A DNA stretch of 64,000 nucleotides. It comes from an uncultured bacterium (GTDB lineage Bacteria > Planctomycetota > UBA1135 > GCA-002686595). Of the stretch, positions 47,389 through 57,114 are shown piece after piece. The notes under the pieces were generated by a model. The model was not told the origin of the DNA. It saw only the letters and a list, made by a program, of their open reading frames with translations, and made no database searches. Numbering within the stretch: position 1 is the first letter of the stretch; each line of letters begins with the position of its first letter. A program made the translations under genes and the position numbers. The stretch is taken from assembly GCA_943787795.1 (NCBI GenBank), contig CALSNU010000006.1, positions 64,001 to 128,000 on the forward strand, in the 5' to 3' direction.

Positions 47389-47955
47389 ATGTCACCTCGC
47401 ACTGGAGCCGCCCGGGGCGAGCGCCCGCGCGGGGCGCTGCGCCCGTTGGAGGAGCAGGACCTGGAACTGGTCCTGTCGTGGCGGAATCATCCTGATGTCC
47501 GCCGTTGGATGTACACGAGCCACGAGATCGGCCTTGAGGAACACCGTCGCTGGTTCAAGGGCGCCGCTGTGGACGCCTCACGCTTCCTGCTCGTCTACGA
47601 GCTCCAGGGCATTCCCTCGGGATACGTGAACCTGACCATGGAGGAAGAGCGACCGGGCTCGGCCACCTGGGGCTTTTACCTCGCCCCTGACGCGCCCCTG
47701 GGGTCCGGACGAGGGCTTGGGCGGGCTGCGCTGGAATTCGCCTTCGAGTCGGTCGGTGTCGAGGTGTTGCGGGGGGAAGCTCTCGCGTCCAATCTGAACT
47801 CAATTGCCTTCCATCGACGGCTCGGCTTCTCTGACGCCGGCCAGCTGGAGGCCCACCATCGGAGCCCCGATGGGGCCACCCACGACGTCGCCAGCTTCAC
47901 GCTGGAGCGTGCGGCGTGGGCGTCAGCCAGGGACTCGAGGAGCGAACTCAAATGA
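47389..47955 (+). CDS. pseH: GNAT N-acetyltransferase of the pseudaminic acid pathway
   Basis: DLELVLSWRNHPDVRRWMY, EEHRRWF, ATWGFY, NLNSIAFHRRLGF; cluster context. Confidence 0.88.
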   Translation: MSPRTGAARGERPRGALRPLEEQDLELVLSWRNHPDVRRWMYTSHEIGLEEHRRWFKGAAVDASRFLLVYELQGIPSGYVNLTMEEERPGSATWGFYLAPDAPLGSGRGLGRAALEFAFESVGVEVLRGEALASNLNSIAFHRRLGFSDAGQLEAHHRSPDGATHDVASFTLERAAWASARDSRSELK

Positions 47956-49007
47956 GCCAACCCACCTTCGCGATCCAGGGCCGTGCAATTGGGCCAGCCG
48001 AGCCGCCGTACGTGATCGCTGAGATGTCGGCGAACCACAACGGGAGCATCGAGACCGCCAAGCGGATCATCGAGGAAGCCAAGCGGCGTGGGGCGGACGC
48101 GGTCAAGCTTCAGACTTACCGCCCGGACACGATCACTCTCAACGGCGACTCCGAGGACTTCTGGATCCGTGGCGGGCTCTGGGACGGTAAGAGCCTCTAT
48201 CAGCTCTATGAAGAGGCGCACATGCCGTGGGAGTGGCACGAGCCGCTCTTTGCCCACGCCCGCGAGGTCGGGATCGCGATCTTCTCGAGCCCCTTTGATG
48301 ACACCGCGATCGAGCTCCTCGAGAGCCTCGATGCGCCCGCGTACAAGATCGCGTCCTTTGAAGCGGTGGACACCCCGCTCATCCGGCGCGCCGCTGCCAC
48401 CGGGAAGCCGTTGATCATCTCGACGGGGATGGCAGACGAGCAAGAGATCGCTGAAGCGGTGGAGGCTGCCAGGAGCGCGGGGTGTGAGCACCTGGCGCTG
48501 CTGCACTGCGTCAGCGGCTATCCGGCGCCGGCCGCGGATTACAACCTTCGCACCTTGGCAGACATCCGGGACCGTTTCGGTGCCGTGGTGGGGCTCTCTG
48601 ACCACACGCTCGACAACACGACAGCGGTCACCGCGGTGGCCCTTGGTGCCTGCGTGGTGGAGAAGCACTTCACTCTGGATCGTTCCGCCGGCGGCCCAGA
48701 CGACTCTTTCTCCCTGGAGCCGGAGGGCCTCGAGGAGCTCTGCGTCGGCGCCCGCACGGCCTGGGAGGCGCTTGGCAAGGTGGACTACGGTCGCAAGTCG
48801 AGCGAGCAGGGCAACGTTCAGTTCCGTCGCTCCCTCTACTGGGTGGCTGACCTTGAGGCTGGGGCCGAGGTCACGGCTGCGGCGCTCCGTAGCGTGCGAC
48901 CCGGCTACGGACTCGCGCCGAAGCACCTCGAGGGTCTCATCGGTCGGCGCGTGGCGCGCGCGGTTCGAGCGGCAACGGCGACCAAGGCAGAGGACTTCCT
49001 CCCTTGA
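47952..49007 (+). CDS. pseI: Pseudaminic acid synthase
   Basis: IAEMSANHNG, AVKLQTY, SSPFD, YKIASFE, LHCVSGYP, GLSDHT, EKHFT, C-terminal SAF-like RPGYGLAPK. Confidence 0.93.
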   Translation: MSQPTFAIQGRAIGPAEPPYVIAEMSANHNGSIETAKRIIEEAKRRGADAVKLQTYRPDTITLNGDSEDFWIRGGLWDGKSLYQLYEEAHMPWEWHEPLFAHAREVGIAIFSSPFDDTAIELLESLDAPAYKIASFEAVDTPLIRRAAATGKPLIISTGMADEQEIAEAVEAARSAGCEHLALLHCVSGYPAPAADYNLRTLADIRDRFGAVVGLSDHTLDNTTAVTAVALGACVVEKHFTLDRSAGGPDDSFSLEPEGLEELCVGARTAWEALGKVDYGRKSSEQGNVQFRRSLYWVADLEAGAEVTAAALRSVRPGYGLAPKHLEGLIGRRVARAVRAATATKAEDFLP

Positions 49008-49050
49008 GCGCCACGGAAGGAGGCCTTCCGCGGCGGCGGAGGAGGACCCC

Positions 49051-49986
49051 GTGAGCGTTCCCGAAGGTGCCAGCGCCTCCGGCGTCCTCGAGCTTGAGGT
49101 GGTCCCGCCCTCGGCGCTCCACGGAGTTCAGGGTTGGCTCGCGCGTCAGGCGGTCAAGGGCTGGCTTCCACTCCGGCGCAGCTGGCCGCCCGCGGCCCTC
49201 GCGGCGACCGGGCGGACAGGCCGCTTGTCGCTAGAGCTGGTAAGCCACTGCTGGAACTACTCGCACCTGCTCGAGTGCCAGCTCGGCAGCCTGGTGGCGG
49301 CGCCTCCGCGGGCCGTGGACGTGACCATGACCGTCTACCACAGCCTGGAGGACGCAAGGACCGTAGAGCTCCTGGACCTGGTCTCCGGGCGGAAGGTCCC
49401 CGGTGTGCGCTGGGACTGGCGGGCTCTGCCGCCCGAGCAACTCTTCCGGCGGTCCATTGGCCGGAACCATGCAGCGCTCGCCACCGAGGCGGACTGGATC
49501 TGGTTCACCGATTGCGACGTCCTCTTCACCGAGGGCTGCCTGGATGCGCTCGGCGCGGCGCTGCAGGGCCGGACCGACCCCCTGGTCTACCCAGCCATCG
49601 AGCTGCTGACCCCGCTCCTCACAGACGACATGATTCAGGGCGCTTCAGAGCCTGCGCTGCGCGATCTCGCGGGGAGCTTGGAGTTGGTGGAGGTCCCCGT
49701 CACTCGCGCAAAAGGGCCGCTCCAGATCACCCACGGGGATGTGGCGAGGGCGAACGGCTACTGTCGGGACATGGCGGTCTACCAGCGCCCGGAGCTCGCC
49801 TTCGCCAAGTGCCACGAGGATACGGCCTTTCGTTGGCTCCTCGGCACCGCAGGTGCGCCCCTGACGGTGCCCGGTGTGGCGCGGATACGTCACGAATCGA
49901 AGGGGCGCTACGCCGGCGGGGGCGTCAGCCAGGCGGTGCGCAAGGCGGTCCGCCGGGTTCAAGAGTGGGTACGACACCCCGGGTGA
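49051..49986 (+). CDS. GT-A fold glycosyltransferase (GT2-like)
   Basis: GGAGG before GTG 49051; RSIGRNHAALATEADWIWFTDCD (DxD), HED. Confidence 0.75.
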   Translation: MSVPEGASASGVLELEVVPPSALHGVQGWLARQAVKGWLPLRRSWPPAALAATGRTGRLSLELVSHCWNYSHLLECQLGSLVAAPPRAVDVTMTVYHSLEDARTVELLDLVSGRKVPGVRWDWRALPPEQLFRRSIGRNHAALATEADWIWFTDCDVLFTEGCLDALGAALQGRTDPLVYPAIELLTPLLTDDMIQGASEPALRDLAGSLELVEVPVTRAKGPLQITHGDVARANGYCRDMAVYQRPELAFAKCHEDTAFRWLLGTAGAPLTVPGVARIRHESKGRYAGGGVSQAVRKAVRRVQEWVRHPG

Positions 49987-50074
49987 GGGGGCGCCTTCGG
50001 ACCGGCCCCTCGCCGCCACTCGGGCGAGGCGTGGCCTTTGACCTCGAGCGCTCGCCAGCGACAGCAGGGTGCTG

Positions 50075-51085
50075 TCAGTCCGCCGGTTGGTTGGACTCAG
50101 GGATGGGGACCACGATCACTCGATCATTCCCTTCGTAGTGCTTGTAGGTCGAGGAGAACGCAGACCCCGTGCGCGGGCGCACGAATGCGCTGGTGTCGAG
50201 CCGGAAGACCTTGACGCGTAGCTGGTCGTGCATCGCCGTCAGGGTGTCCGTGGCGGTGGTTCCGAACGTCCAGACCTCCGGGTGGTGCGGAGCCCAGATG
50301 GCATTAAAGGCGAGCTCGAGCGGGACGTCGTACCGGACCACCTTGAAGCCCAGGCGTTGTCCAAGGTGACGCATGCCCTCCTCGTCATCGCGTCGATGGA
50401 GGACATAGGTCACGGGTCGGCCGTCGCTTGAGGCCAGGACTTGCTGGAGGTCCTCCTCGAAGCGGCCATAGAGGTGTGCAATGTGCGTGCCGATGAAGAG
50501 CACTTCGTCGGACCTCAGCGGCTCGACGCCGTGGACGTCGGATCGACGGAGGAGCTCGGTGACGCGGGTGAGCCGGTTCGGCTGAGCCGCGCGTCCGAGC
50601 CGCGTCGCGAGCGCGTCGTAGAAGGTGAACAAGGACGCCGACTGGACGAAGGAGCGACTGAGTGGCCAAGGGGCGCGGCCGGGGAGCCCCGCCAGGTGTG
50701 GTGCGGTCAGGATGTTGATGGTCTTCTGCCCGTCGTCCACCATGGTCGTTTCCTCCGGGCCGAGTAGGTTGACGAGGACAGCGACCCAGCTCGTATAGGT
50801 TCCGAAGAAGACCCGACGGACGCTGCCCCTCAAGCGGAGGCAGAGGCGAGCCAGTTTGAATGGAAGCCACAGTCGTGGGAGGCCGCTGACACGAAGGAAG
50901 GTGACCCGGCGCACTCCAAGGTCGGAGAGCAACGCGGCCATCTGGGCCTGGATACGGCGACTCCGCCACAGCACCACAAACTCGGCCTCGACGCCCTTCG
51001 CCAGACAGGCCTCCACGAGGTTAAGCACCTGCAGCGGTGTCTGGCCGATGCAGAGGCTTGTCCCATTAGTCGCTGAGAGGGTCAT
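50075..51085 (-). CDS. Putative nonulosonic-acid (sialyltransferase-like) glycosyltransferase
   Basis: From MTLSATNG; TPLQVLNLVEA, MVDDGQKT, LFTFY, YVLHRRD, PLE motifs resemble polysialyltransferase-like GT-B proteins; adjacent to the pse genes. Confidence 0.55.
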   Translation of the reverse strand: MTLSATNGTSLCIGQTPLQVLNLVEACLAKGVEAEFVVLWRSRRIQAQMAALLSDLGVRRVTFLRVSGLPRLWLPFKLARLCLRLRGSVRRVFFGTYTSWVAVLVNLLGPEETTMVDDGQKTINILTAPHLAGLPGRAPWPLSRSFVQSASLFTFYDALATRLGRAAQPNRLTRVTELLRRSDVHGVEPLRSDEVLFIGTHIAHLYGRFEEDLQQVLASSDGRPVTYVLHRRDDEEGMRHLGQRLGFKVVRYDVPLELAFNAIWAPHHPEVWTFGTTATDTLTAMHDQLRVKVFRLDTSAFVRPRTGSAFSSTYKHYEGNDRVIVVPIPESNQPAD

Positions 51086-51827
51086 CGAGGATCTGGGCGG
51101 TGAGGGCACTCTGGTGGGGGCCGGGCTTGCCAGGGGGCGGATGTTGTCAGGAGTTGAACACGATAGCGCGCAGATCCGCATTCCGATGGAGGCGGCCGAG
51201 GCCCGAGGGTGAATTGAGTCATCCGCCAGCGTCATGCGGCCGCGTCCGTGGCGGCAAGCTTGCTCTTCGGCCTGGTCTGCAGATCGGAGAATCAACCCCG
51301 AGAACTCAACCCACCTCGACAGGGCGGCGAACAGCAGCGGCCCCGCCACCAGGTCGCGTACCCTTCGCGCCTTGGCCACCGAGTCGCGGCGGTTGCATGG
51401 CTCGTGCCGTTCTCGGTAGGTGTCTGTATGGTGGTGCCTGAGCGTGGACATGGCTCTGGCCGCGCTCGGGTCATATGCGCCCGCCCTTGCGGAAGGCACC
51501 CCCGCCTCGTGCAGCGGCTTCAGGTCGCTAGTGGCAAGGGGAGGGTGGAGGCGGTGGCGTGGTCCGTGCTGCAGATGCGTTCGTTGGGCTGAAGCTGCGG
51601 CTCCAAGGTCCTCGGCTCGGGGTGGGGGTGCCAGTGGATTCGCCTCCGGACTCTTCATCCGTTCCTTGCCGTTCGGAGCATGAGGCGGGCAGGCGCCGAG
51701 TGCGCCTTGCCTCACCGGTTTCCCGCGAGGGAGTTCCAGGCGCTGTGTCCCTCGATGCGTGAGTCCTCCGGCAGCTTCGATGAGGTTGAAGAGGTCAGGG
51801 AGGGCGCGGGGGCTAGACTCAGGGCCG

Positions 51828-52460
51828 ATGTGCTCTGTCTTCCGCGTTGCCTTGTTCCCGAGGATGCTGGCTGGTGCCTTGGCCTTCCTGGGACTCTGCT
51901 GGGCCCCTGGCTGCGGGGCCGAGCACGGGACGCTGGGAACCCTCCTGGTCGTCGCGGGGGATGGGGTCGGCGGTGCTGTCTCGCCGCTTCCGAGGCCGGT
52001 GGCGGGGGGGCTTGACGCTTCGGTGGCGGCGTGGGTCTTCGTCTCGGAGGACTGCCCCATAGCCCGAGCGTACATGCCGGAGATCGAGTCGATCGCGCAG
52101 GACTTCCGCGGGCGCGGCGTTTGCGTCCTTGTGGTGCACGTTGACCCTCAAATCACGCCGGCGCGCGCTTCTGCGCACGCCCGCCAGTACGGGGTCTCGG
52201 CACCGGTGGTTGTGGATTGTGACCACCGCCTTGTCCGACATTGCGGCGCAACGGTGACGCCGGAGGCTGCCGTCTTTGACTCGTCTGGTTCACTCCGTTA
52301 TCTCGGGCGTATTGACGACCGCTTCCCCGCCCTAGGGTCGAGGCGCGCGCCGACGACGTCCGAGCTGCGTGACGCGCTGGAAGCGGTGTTGAGCGAAGAG
52401 GATCCCGACGTGGCGAGGGCGCCCTCGGTGGGGTGCCTCATTGAGGAGCTGCGCCAATGA
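51828..52460 (+). CDS. Exported redoxin/AhpC-TSA fold protein (single-Cys motif)
   Basis: FVSEDCPIARAY, GATVTPEAAVFD, YLGRIDD, LRDALEAVL, terminal VGCLI; start uncertain (51828 or 51864). Confidence 0.82.
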   Translation: MCSVFRVALFPRMLAGALAFLGLCWAPGCGAEHGTLGTLLVVAGDGVGGAVSPLPRPVAGGLDASVAAWVFVSEDCPIARAYMPEIESIAQDFRGRGVCVLVVHVDPQITPARASAHARQYGVSAPVVVDCDHRLVRHCGATVTPEAAVFDSSGSLRYLGRIDDRFPALGSRRAPTTSELRDALEAVLSEEDPDVARAPSVGCLIEELRQ

Positions 52461-54421
52461 TCTCGTGCCGGCGAACCCTGGGCGGAACCCCTCCCAATTG
52501 GACACCGCGGGGCTGGGCGAAGCATCTCGGTCCGCTCGGCCAAGGCTTGCGTGCGGGGGCCGTCGCTCTCCTGGTCTCTAGTTGCGGGGCTGACGGCGGG
52601 GACGGAGCCGTGACCTGGGCCGGGTCGGAGGGGCGGCCGGGGGTGTGCGAGCTCATGTATCGGCACTGCTCGACCTGCCATCGCCCGGGACAGCCGGCCC
52701 CGTTCAGCCTGCTGACCTTCGACGACGCCTGGCGCAAGCGGCGGCAGATCGCCCGGGTGACGGCGAGCGGGTACATGCCGCCATGGCTCCCGAGCCACGG
52801 CGACTTCATCGGCGCGAGGGGTCTGAGCCAGGCCGAGGTCGACCGGGTCTCGGCCTGGGTCGAAGGGGGCGCGCCGCGCGGAGACTCCGACGCCGAGCCG
52901 AGCCCGCCCACGTTTCCTTCCGGATGGCAGCTCGGAGAGCCCGACCTGATCGTGACCGCGGAGGAGTGGCTGGAGCTGCCAGCGGCGGGTCCAGACCTCT
53001 TCCAGAACCTGGTCCTCCCCGTGGAGACCGGGGCGCTCCGCTTCGTGGATGCCGTGGAGATCCGCCCCGGTAATCCCAGCGTTCATCACGCGGTGCTCCA
53101 GGTGGACGGGACGCGGGGTGCGAGGGCGCTCGATGCGGCGGTGCCTGGGCCGGGCTTTGGGGGGATGGAGATGGGCCTCTCCGTGCCGCCGGACGGTCAC
53201 TTCCTCGGGTGGACCCCCGGGAAGGCCACGCGCCGGAACGGACAGGGCAGGTCCTGGCGGCTCTGGCCAGGGAGCGATCTGGTCCTGCAACTGCACCTGA
53301 CGCCCACCGGGAAGCCGGAGCGCGTGCGGCCGTCCATCGGGCTGTACTTCACCGACGTGCCGCCCGAGGAGACCCCCTTCGCGCTGGTCATGCGCTCCGA
53401 ACGCATCGACATCGCGGCAGGTCAGACGGACTTCAAGGCAGCGGACCACGTCGTCCTCCCCGTGGCGACGGAGCTGCGCGCGGTGTACCCGCACGCCCAC
53501 TACCTCTGCACCCAGATGGAGGCCTGGGCGACGCCCCCCGAGGGCGAGCGCCTCACTCTCTTCGAGATCGACCGCTGGGACTTCGACTGGCAGGACGACT
53601 ACCACTTCAGCGTCCCCGTGCGGCTCCCAGCGGGCACCCGCGTGGACTTCGAGTACACCTACGACAACTCCGCGGCGAACCCGAACAACCCGTCCTCGCC
53701 GCCCCGCCCGGTGGCGTACGGCCTCGAGTCGACCGACGAGATGGCGACGCTCTCCATGACCCTTGTGGCGGACGAGCGGGAGGAGCGACCGCTGCTTGGC
53801 TGGGCGATGGCGAACCGGGCCGTGGAGCGGAGCCCTGGCGATCCGGGGGCCTGGGTGAACCTCGCGGTGGCGGTGCGAGCCTGCCCGGCGCCGCAGGGCG
53901 GAGAGTTCGCGCTCATGCCGCACCAGACCGCGGCGCAGCACGCGAGCCGAGCGCTGGAGCTCAGCCCGGGGCGGGGGGATGCGCTCCGTGAGCTCGGTAT
54001 CTCGCTCGTTGAGCTCGGGGATGGAGCGCGTGCGGAGGCGCTCTTTCGACGAGCGCTGAAGGAAGACGGAGAGCAGATCGCACGCCTGCACCTGGGACAG
54101 GTCCTGGCCCGAAGCGGCCGCACGCCGGAGGCCATCGTGGAGTTCGAACGCGCCGTGCTGATCTTCCCCAATCACGCGAGGCTCCGGAACAACCTCGCCA
54201 CCGCGCTCTTCATCGAGGATCGGCTGGAGGATGCTGTGGGGCACTATCGCGTCGCGGTCCGCCTCGACCCGGGGTACTTCAACGCCTGGTTCAACATGGG
54301 CCGGGCGCTGGGCTCGCTGGGGCGAACGGAGGAGGCGCGTGCTGCCCTTGAGCGAGCGAGCGCGTTGCGGCCCGGGGCGCCCGAGGTCGACGTCGCACTC
54401 GGTGAACTCGACGGATCCTGA
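52457..54421 (+). CDS. Heme c (CxxCH) plus type II copper monooxygenase-like domains plus TPR repeats
   Basis: HCSTCHRPG, MPPW, VHHAVL, LQLHL, YPHAHY, WDFDWQ, DEMA; C-terminal TPR repeats. Confidence 0.8.
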   Translation: MISCRRTLGGTPPNWTPRGWAKHLGPLGQGLRAGAVALLVSSCGADGGDGAVTWAGSEGRPGVCELMYRHCSTCHRPGQPAPFSLLTFDDAWRKRRQIARVTASGYMPPWLPSHGDFIGARGLSQAEVDRVSAWVEGGAPRGDSDAEPSPPTFPSGWQLGEPDLIVTAEEWLELPAAGPDLFQNLVLPVETGALRFVDAVEIRPGNPSVHHAVLQVDGTRGARALDAAVPGPGFGGMEMGLSVPPDGHFLGWTPGKATRRNGQGRSWRLWPGSDLVLQLHLTPTGKPERVRPSIGLYFTDVPPEETPFALVMRSERIDIAAGQTDFKAADHVVLPVATELRAVYPHAHYLCTQMEAWATPPEGERLTLFEIDRWDFDWQDDYHFSVPVRLPAGTRVDFEYTYDNSAANPNNPSSPPRPVAYGLESTDEMATLSMTLVADEREERPLLGWAMANRAVERSPGDPGAWVNLAVAVRACPAPQGGEFALMPHQTAAQHASRALELSPGRGDALRELGISLVELGDGARAEALFRRALKEDGEQIARLHLGQVLARSGRTPEAIVEFERAVLIFPNHARLRNNLATALFIEDRLEDAVGHYRVAVRLDPGYFNAWFNMGRALGSLGRTEEARAALERASALRPGAPEVDVALGELDGS

Positions 54422-54604
54422 GCGGAGACAGGTGCGACGGAGGCGGCTGCCTGGGAGGCGGGCGGGCACCCGCTCCGCCCGGTCGACCGTGTGGGGTTCC
54501 TTGTTGGTCCGGTTTCGATCCTGGGGCTCCGATCGGAGATCGGTGGCTGTGGACGCAAGATCTTCTCAGCGAGCGCGGTCGGGCCGGCCGATCTAACGGG
54601 AGTC

Positions 54605-55501
54605 ATGACCTTCAAGGACGCCCGTCCCCGACTGCCCTTCAAGGGGCCAATCTTCATGTACGCCGTGTTCGCCCTCGGCCTGGCCGGCGCGTCGCGGTTC
54701 GTGGACCGTCAGATGGAGAGGCTTCATGGAGCCCAGGGTCTGAAGGAGGCATGGGTCGAGCACGACCTCTCGACTGGGGGGCCTGGCGGCCTCGGCCCTG
54801 CGAGTGGCGCCGAGCTCGGAGCGGAGCTCGCCCAGTACCTGCCGCTGGCGAGCCTAGATCTCGCCGCCCTCGGCATCCCCGCCCCTGGGGCGGGCGCTCA
54901 GCTCTCCCGAGTTGATGCGCTCGCAGGTTCAAATCTCGCGAGTGGCCTGTCGAGTGGCCTGGTTTCGGGCCCGGCGACTGGCCCGGCGACTGGCCCGGCG
55001 ACTGGCCCGGCGACTGGCCCGTTCACTGGTCTGATAGCTGGCCCGGAAGCCTCGGACGGGGCGCCTGAGTGGACGTTCCTCATGACGCCGGAGCAGCGCC
55101 GAGCCCATCGAAGTCCCGAGGCGCCGCACGCGAGGCTTGAGGTGGGGGTCGTGTCGCCGTCGCTCGGGGCGGTGGGACATGGCGCCCCGCCCGAGGCGAG
55201 GGCTTGCGCCCTGGCGTTTCGGCTGGTGGACGGGGCAGGATCCCCGCTCCACCTCGTCTCCCTGAAGGTGACCCAGCAGGGCTCGGACGGGGAGGTTCAC
55301 CCGGTCGCATACCGGTCGCCGGGGGACGAGGGGTGGTGGACCGGGGGGAGCCCGACGCTCACCCCGGGGCGCTGCGCGCACTTCGAGGTCGAGGGGGCCG
55401 CGGACGACGGCACCCGCTGGGTTGGCGCCACCCTCGGCCGTGCGCCCCTGCGGGGGTGCCTGGACCTCGGCTCAATCCAGCTGCAGCGGCCGGCGGACTG
55501 A
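54605..55501 (+). CDS. Hypothetical membrane-anchored protein with GPAT repeats
   Basis: One N-terminal TM helix; 12-bp repeat GGCCCGGCGACT x4 at 54968-55015. Confidence 0.6.
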   Translation: MTFKDARPRLPFKGPIFMYAVFALGLAGASRFVDRQMERLHGAQGLKEAWVEHDLSTGGPGGLGPASGAELGAELAQYLPLASLDLAALGIPAPGAGAQLSRVDALAGSNLASGLSSGLVSGPATGPATGPATGPATGPFTGLIAGPEASDGAPEWTFLMTPEQRRAHRSPEAPHARLEVGVVSPSLGAVGHGAPPEARACALAFRLVDGAGSPLHLVSLKVTQQGSDGEVHPVAYRSPGDEGWWTGGSPTLTPGRCAHFEVEGAADDGTRWVGATLGRAPLRGCLDLGSIQLQRPAD

Positions 55502-55525
55502 GCGCCTGCCGTCAGAGGCGAGGCC

Positions 55526-56887
55526 TCAGCGCCACGCGCTGGCCAGCCGCCGGGCCCGTTCCCGGTCGGCGGCGCAGAGCTCCTCGGGGCCCATGTCCTT
55601 GAGCATCGCCGTCGCAGCGGGGTGCTTGGTCCTCGCGGCGAGCTCGAGCCACATGGCGGCGAACACCGGGTCGGGCCCCGGCACGCCCCGTCCCTCGCGG
55701 AGCATGCGGCCCAGGTTGAAGCGGCCCTGGGCATTGCGTCCTGCCGCGGCCCGCCGGTAGCACCGGACGGCAGCAGGTAGATCCACCTCACCCGCGAGGC
55801 CGGTCTCCAGCGCCCAGCCAAGGTGGTCCAAGGCCTCGGCGTCGCCCGTTTCCGCGGCGGCGCGAACCCACCGGAGCGCCTGGGCGGGGTCTCGCTCGAC
55901 CCCCCTCCCGTCACGGAGACGCAAACCCAGCTCGATCATGGAGGACACGCCGCCGGCCTCCGCGCGGCGTCGATCGAAGGCCACCTCGTCCTCCCCGGGC
56001 TTCTGGCGCACGGCTCGCTCGCGCTCCTCGCGCTGGTAAGCGGCGAGCATGTCCGCTGGCCAGGCGAAGGTGGGGGCAGTCTGGGGGGCCCACGCCGCGA
56101 GGTGCCCTTCTCCGAGCCGCTCGCTCGGGTGGACGTAGCGCCACGCTTCGCGCCCGAAGACCTCGGCGCAGAGCTCGAACAGAGCGAGGTCGTGCAGGAT
56201 GAGCTCCTCGCGGGTGTCGACCTTCCCGTGGTCATGGTCATTCTCGCGGTTGGTGTCGAAGTAGCTCTGAACTCCTTCCGCCCAGTACTCCTGCGGGTTC
56301 GAGGCGGCGTAAGTTCCCTTCCAGAGCCCCTCGTCCATGGCGGACCGATAGGCCGTGGACAGGCGGGCGCCGAAGCTGGGGTCCGTGGAGGAGAGCCCCA
56401 TCAGGTGGATGGCGTGGGCGAACTCGTGGATCAATATGTTCTCCGCCGCGTACGGGTCGCCAGGGAACGCGAGGAGGTTCTCCTCGCCGCAGCTCACCGA
56501 GGGCCGCGCCGCGCTGGCCCCGAGGCCCCTCGCGCGCCGGTCCCAGTACCGAGCCGGTCGCAGGTCAGCGTGCTCAGGGACGTCGGTCGTCCACTCGTCA
56601 TGGGCCATGACCGTGAAGCGCACGTCGTTGTCCGCGAGGGCCGTCAAGAGCTCGGGCCGGTGCCCGATCATCTTCGTGATCAGGAACCTCGCCTCCAGCA
56701 GAGCGGTGGGCTCAACCCTGGGCGAGGCCACCACGGGCAGGTCTCCGGCGTACACGCACTGCCCGTAGAAGTCCGTGAGGGTGAAGCGGGCCCGCGCGGC
56801 CGCTGAGGGCGGCTGAACGTCCTCGTTCCCGGGTCCCGGGGCGAGGGCCAGCGAGAGGAGGAGGAGGGGGAGCGCGAGGGGGGTCAT
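55526..56887 (-). CDS. Exported zinc metallopeptidase with C-terminal Sel1-like repeats
   Basis: Signal peptide; RARGLG, GEENLL, ENILIHEFAHAIH, NPQEYWAEGVQSYF; Sel1 repeats (GRGVERDPAQALRW, AQGRFNLGRM). Confidence 0.82.
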   Translation of the reverse strand: MTPLALPLLLLSLALAPGPGNEDVQPPSAAARARFTLTDFYGQCVYAGDLPVVASPRVEPTALLEARFLITKMIGHRPELLTALADNDVRFTVMAHDEWTTDVPEHADLRPARYWDRRARGLGASAARPSVSCGEENLLAFPGDPYAAENILIHEFAHAIHLMGLSSTDPSFGARLSTAYRSAMDEGLWKGTYAASNPQEYWAEGVQSYFDTNRENDHDHGKVDTREELILHDLALFELCAEVFGREAWRYVHPSERLGEGHLAAWAPQTAPTFAWPADMLAAYQREERERAVRQKPGEDEVAFDRRRAEAGGVSSMIELGLRLRDGRGVERDPAQALRWVRAAAETGDAEALDHLGWALETGLAGEVDLPAAVRCYRRAAAGRNAQGRFNLGRMLREGRGVPGPDPVFAAMWLELAARTKHPAATAMLKDMGPEELCAADRERARRLASAWR

Positions 56888-57114
56888 GTGCGTGAAGTGG
56901 ACGCCGTGAGGGGGAGGTTCGCACCTTGGACCGAGGTCGCGGCGAGCGCTACGGCGATGGGCAGCCGTGGCCTGGCCGATCCAAAGAACACGCGGATGGT
57001 ATCGGCGGACGGCGTGGGGAGCGCTCCATGCTAGCGGGCCCCCCTCGCCAGTCGGCGAGAGGGGGCCCGTCATGGATACTCAGGCCGCTCCATTGCGACC
57101 GGACAGTGGCCAGG

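Noticed and set aside
48484..49050. N-terminal extension of ORF 48484..49986
   Set aside because: It overlaps pseI in another frame; a GGAGG-preceded GTG at 49051 is the better start.
51086..52075. N-terminal half of the 666-aa ORF 50075..52075 as real coding sequence
   Set aside because: Low-complexity Pro/Arg/Ala translation that overlaps the redoxin gene on the other strand; family-like motifs begin only after ATG 51085.
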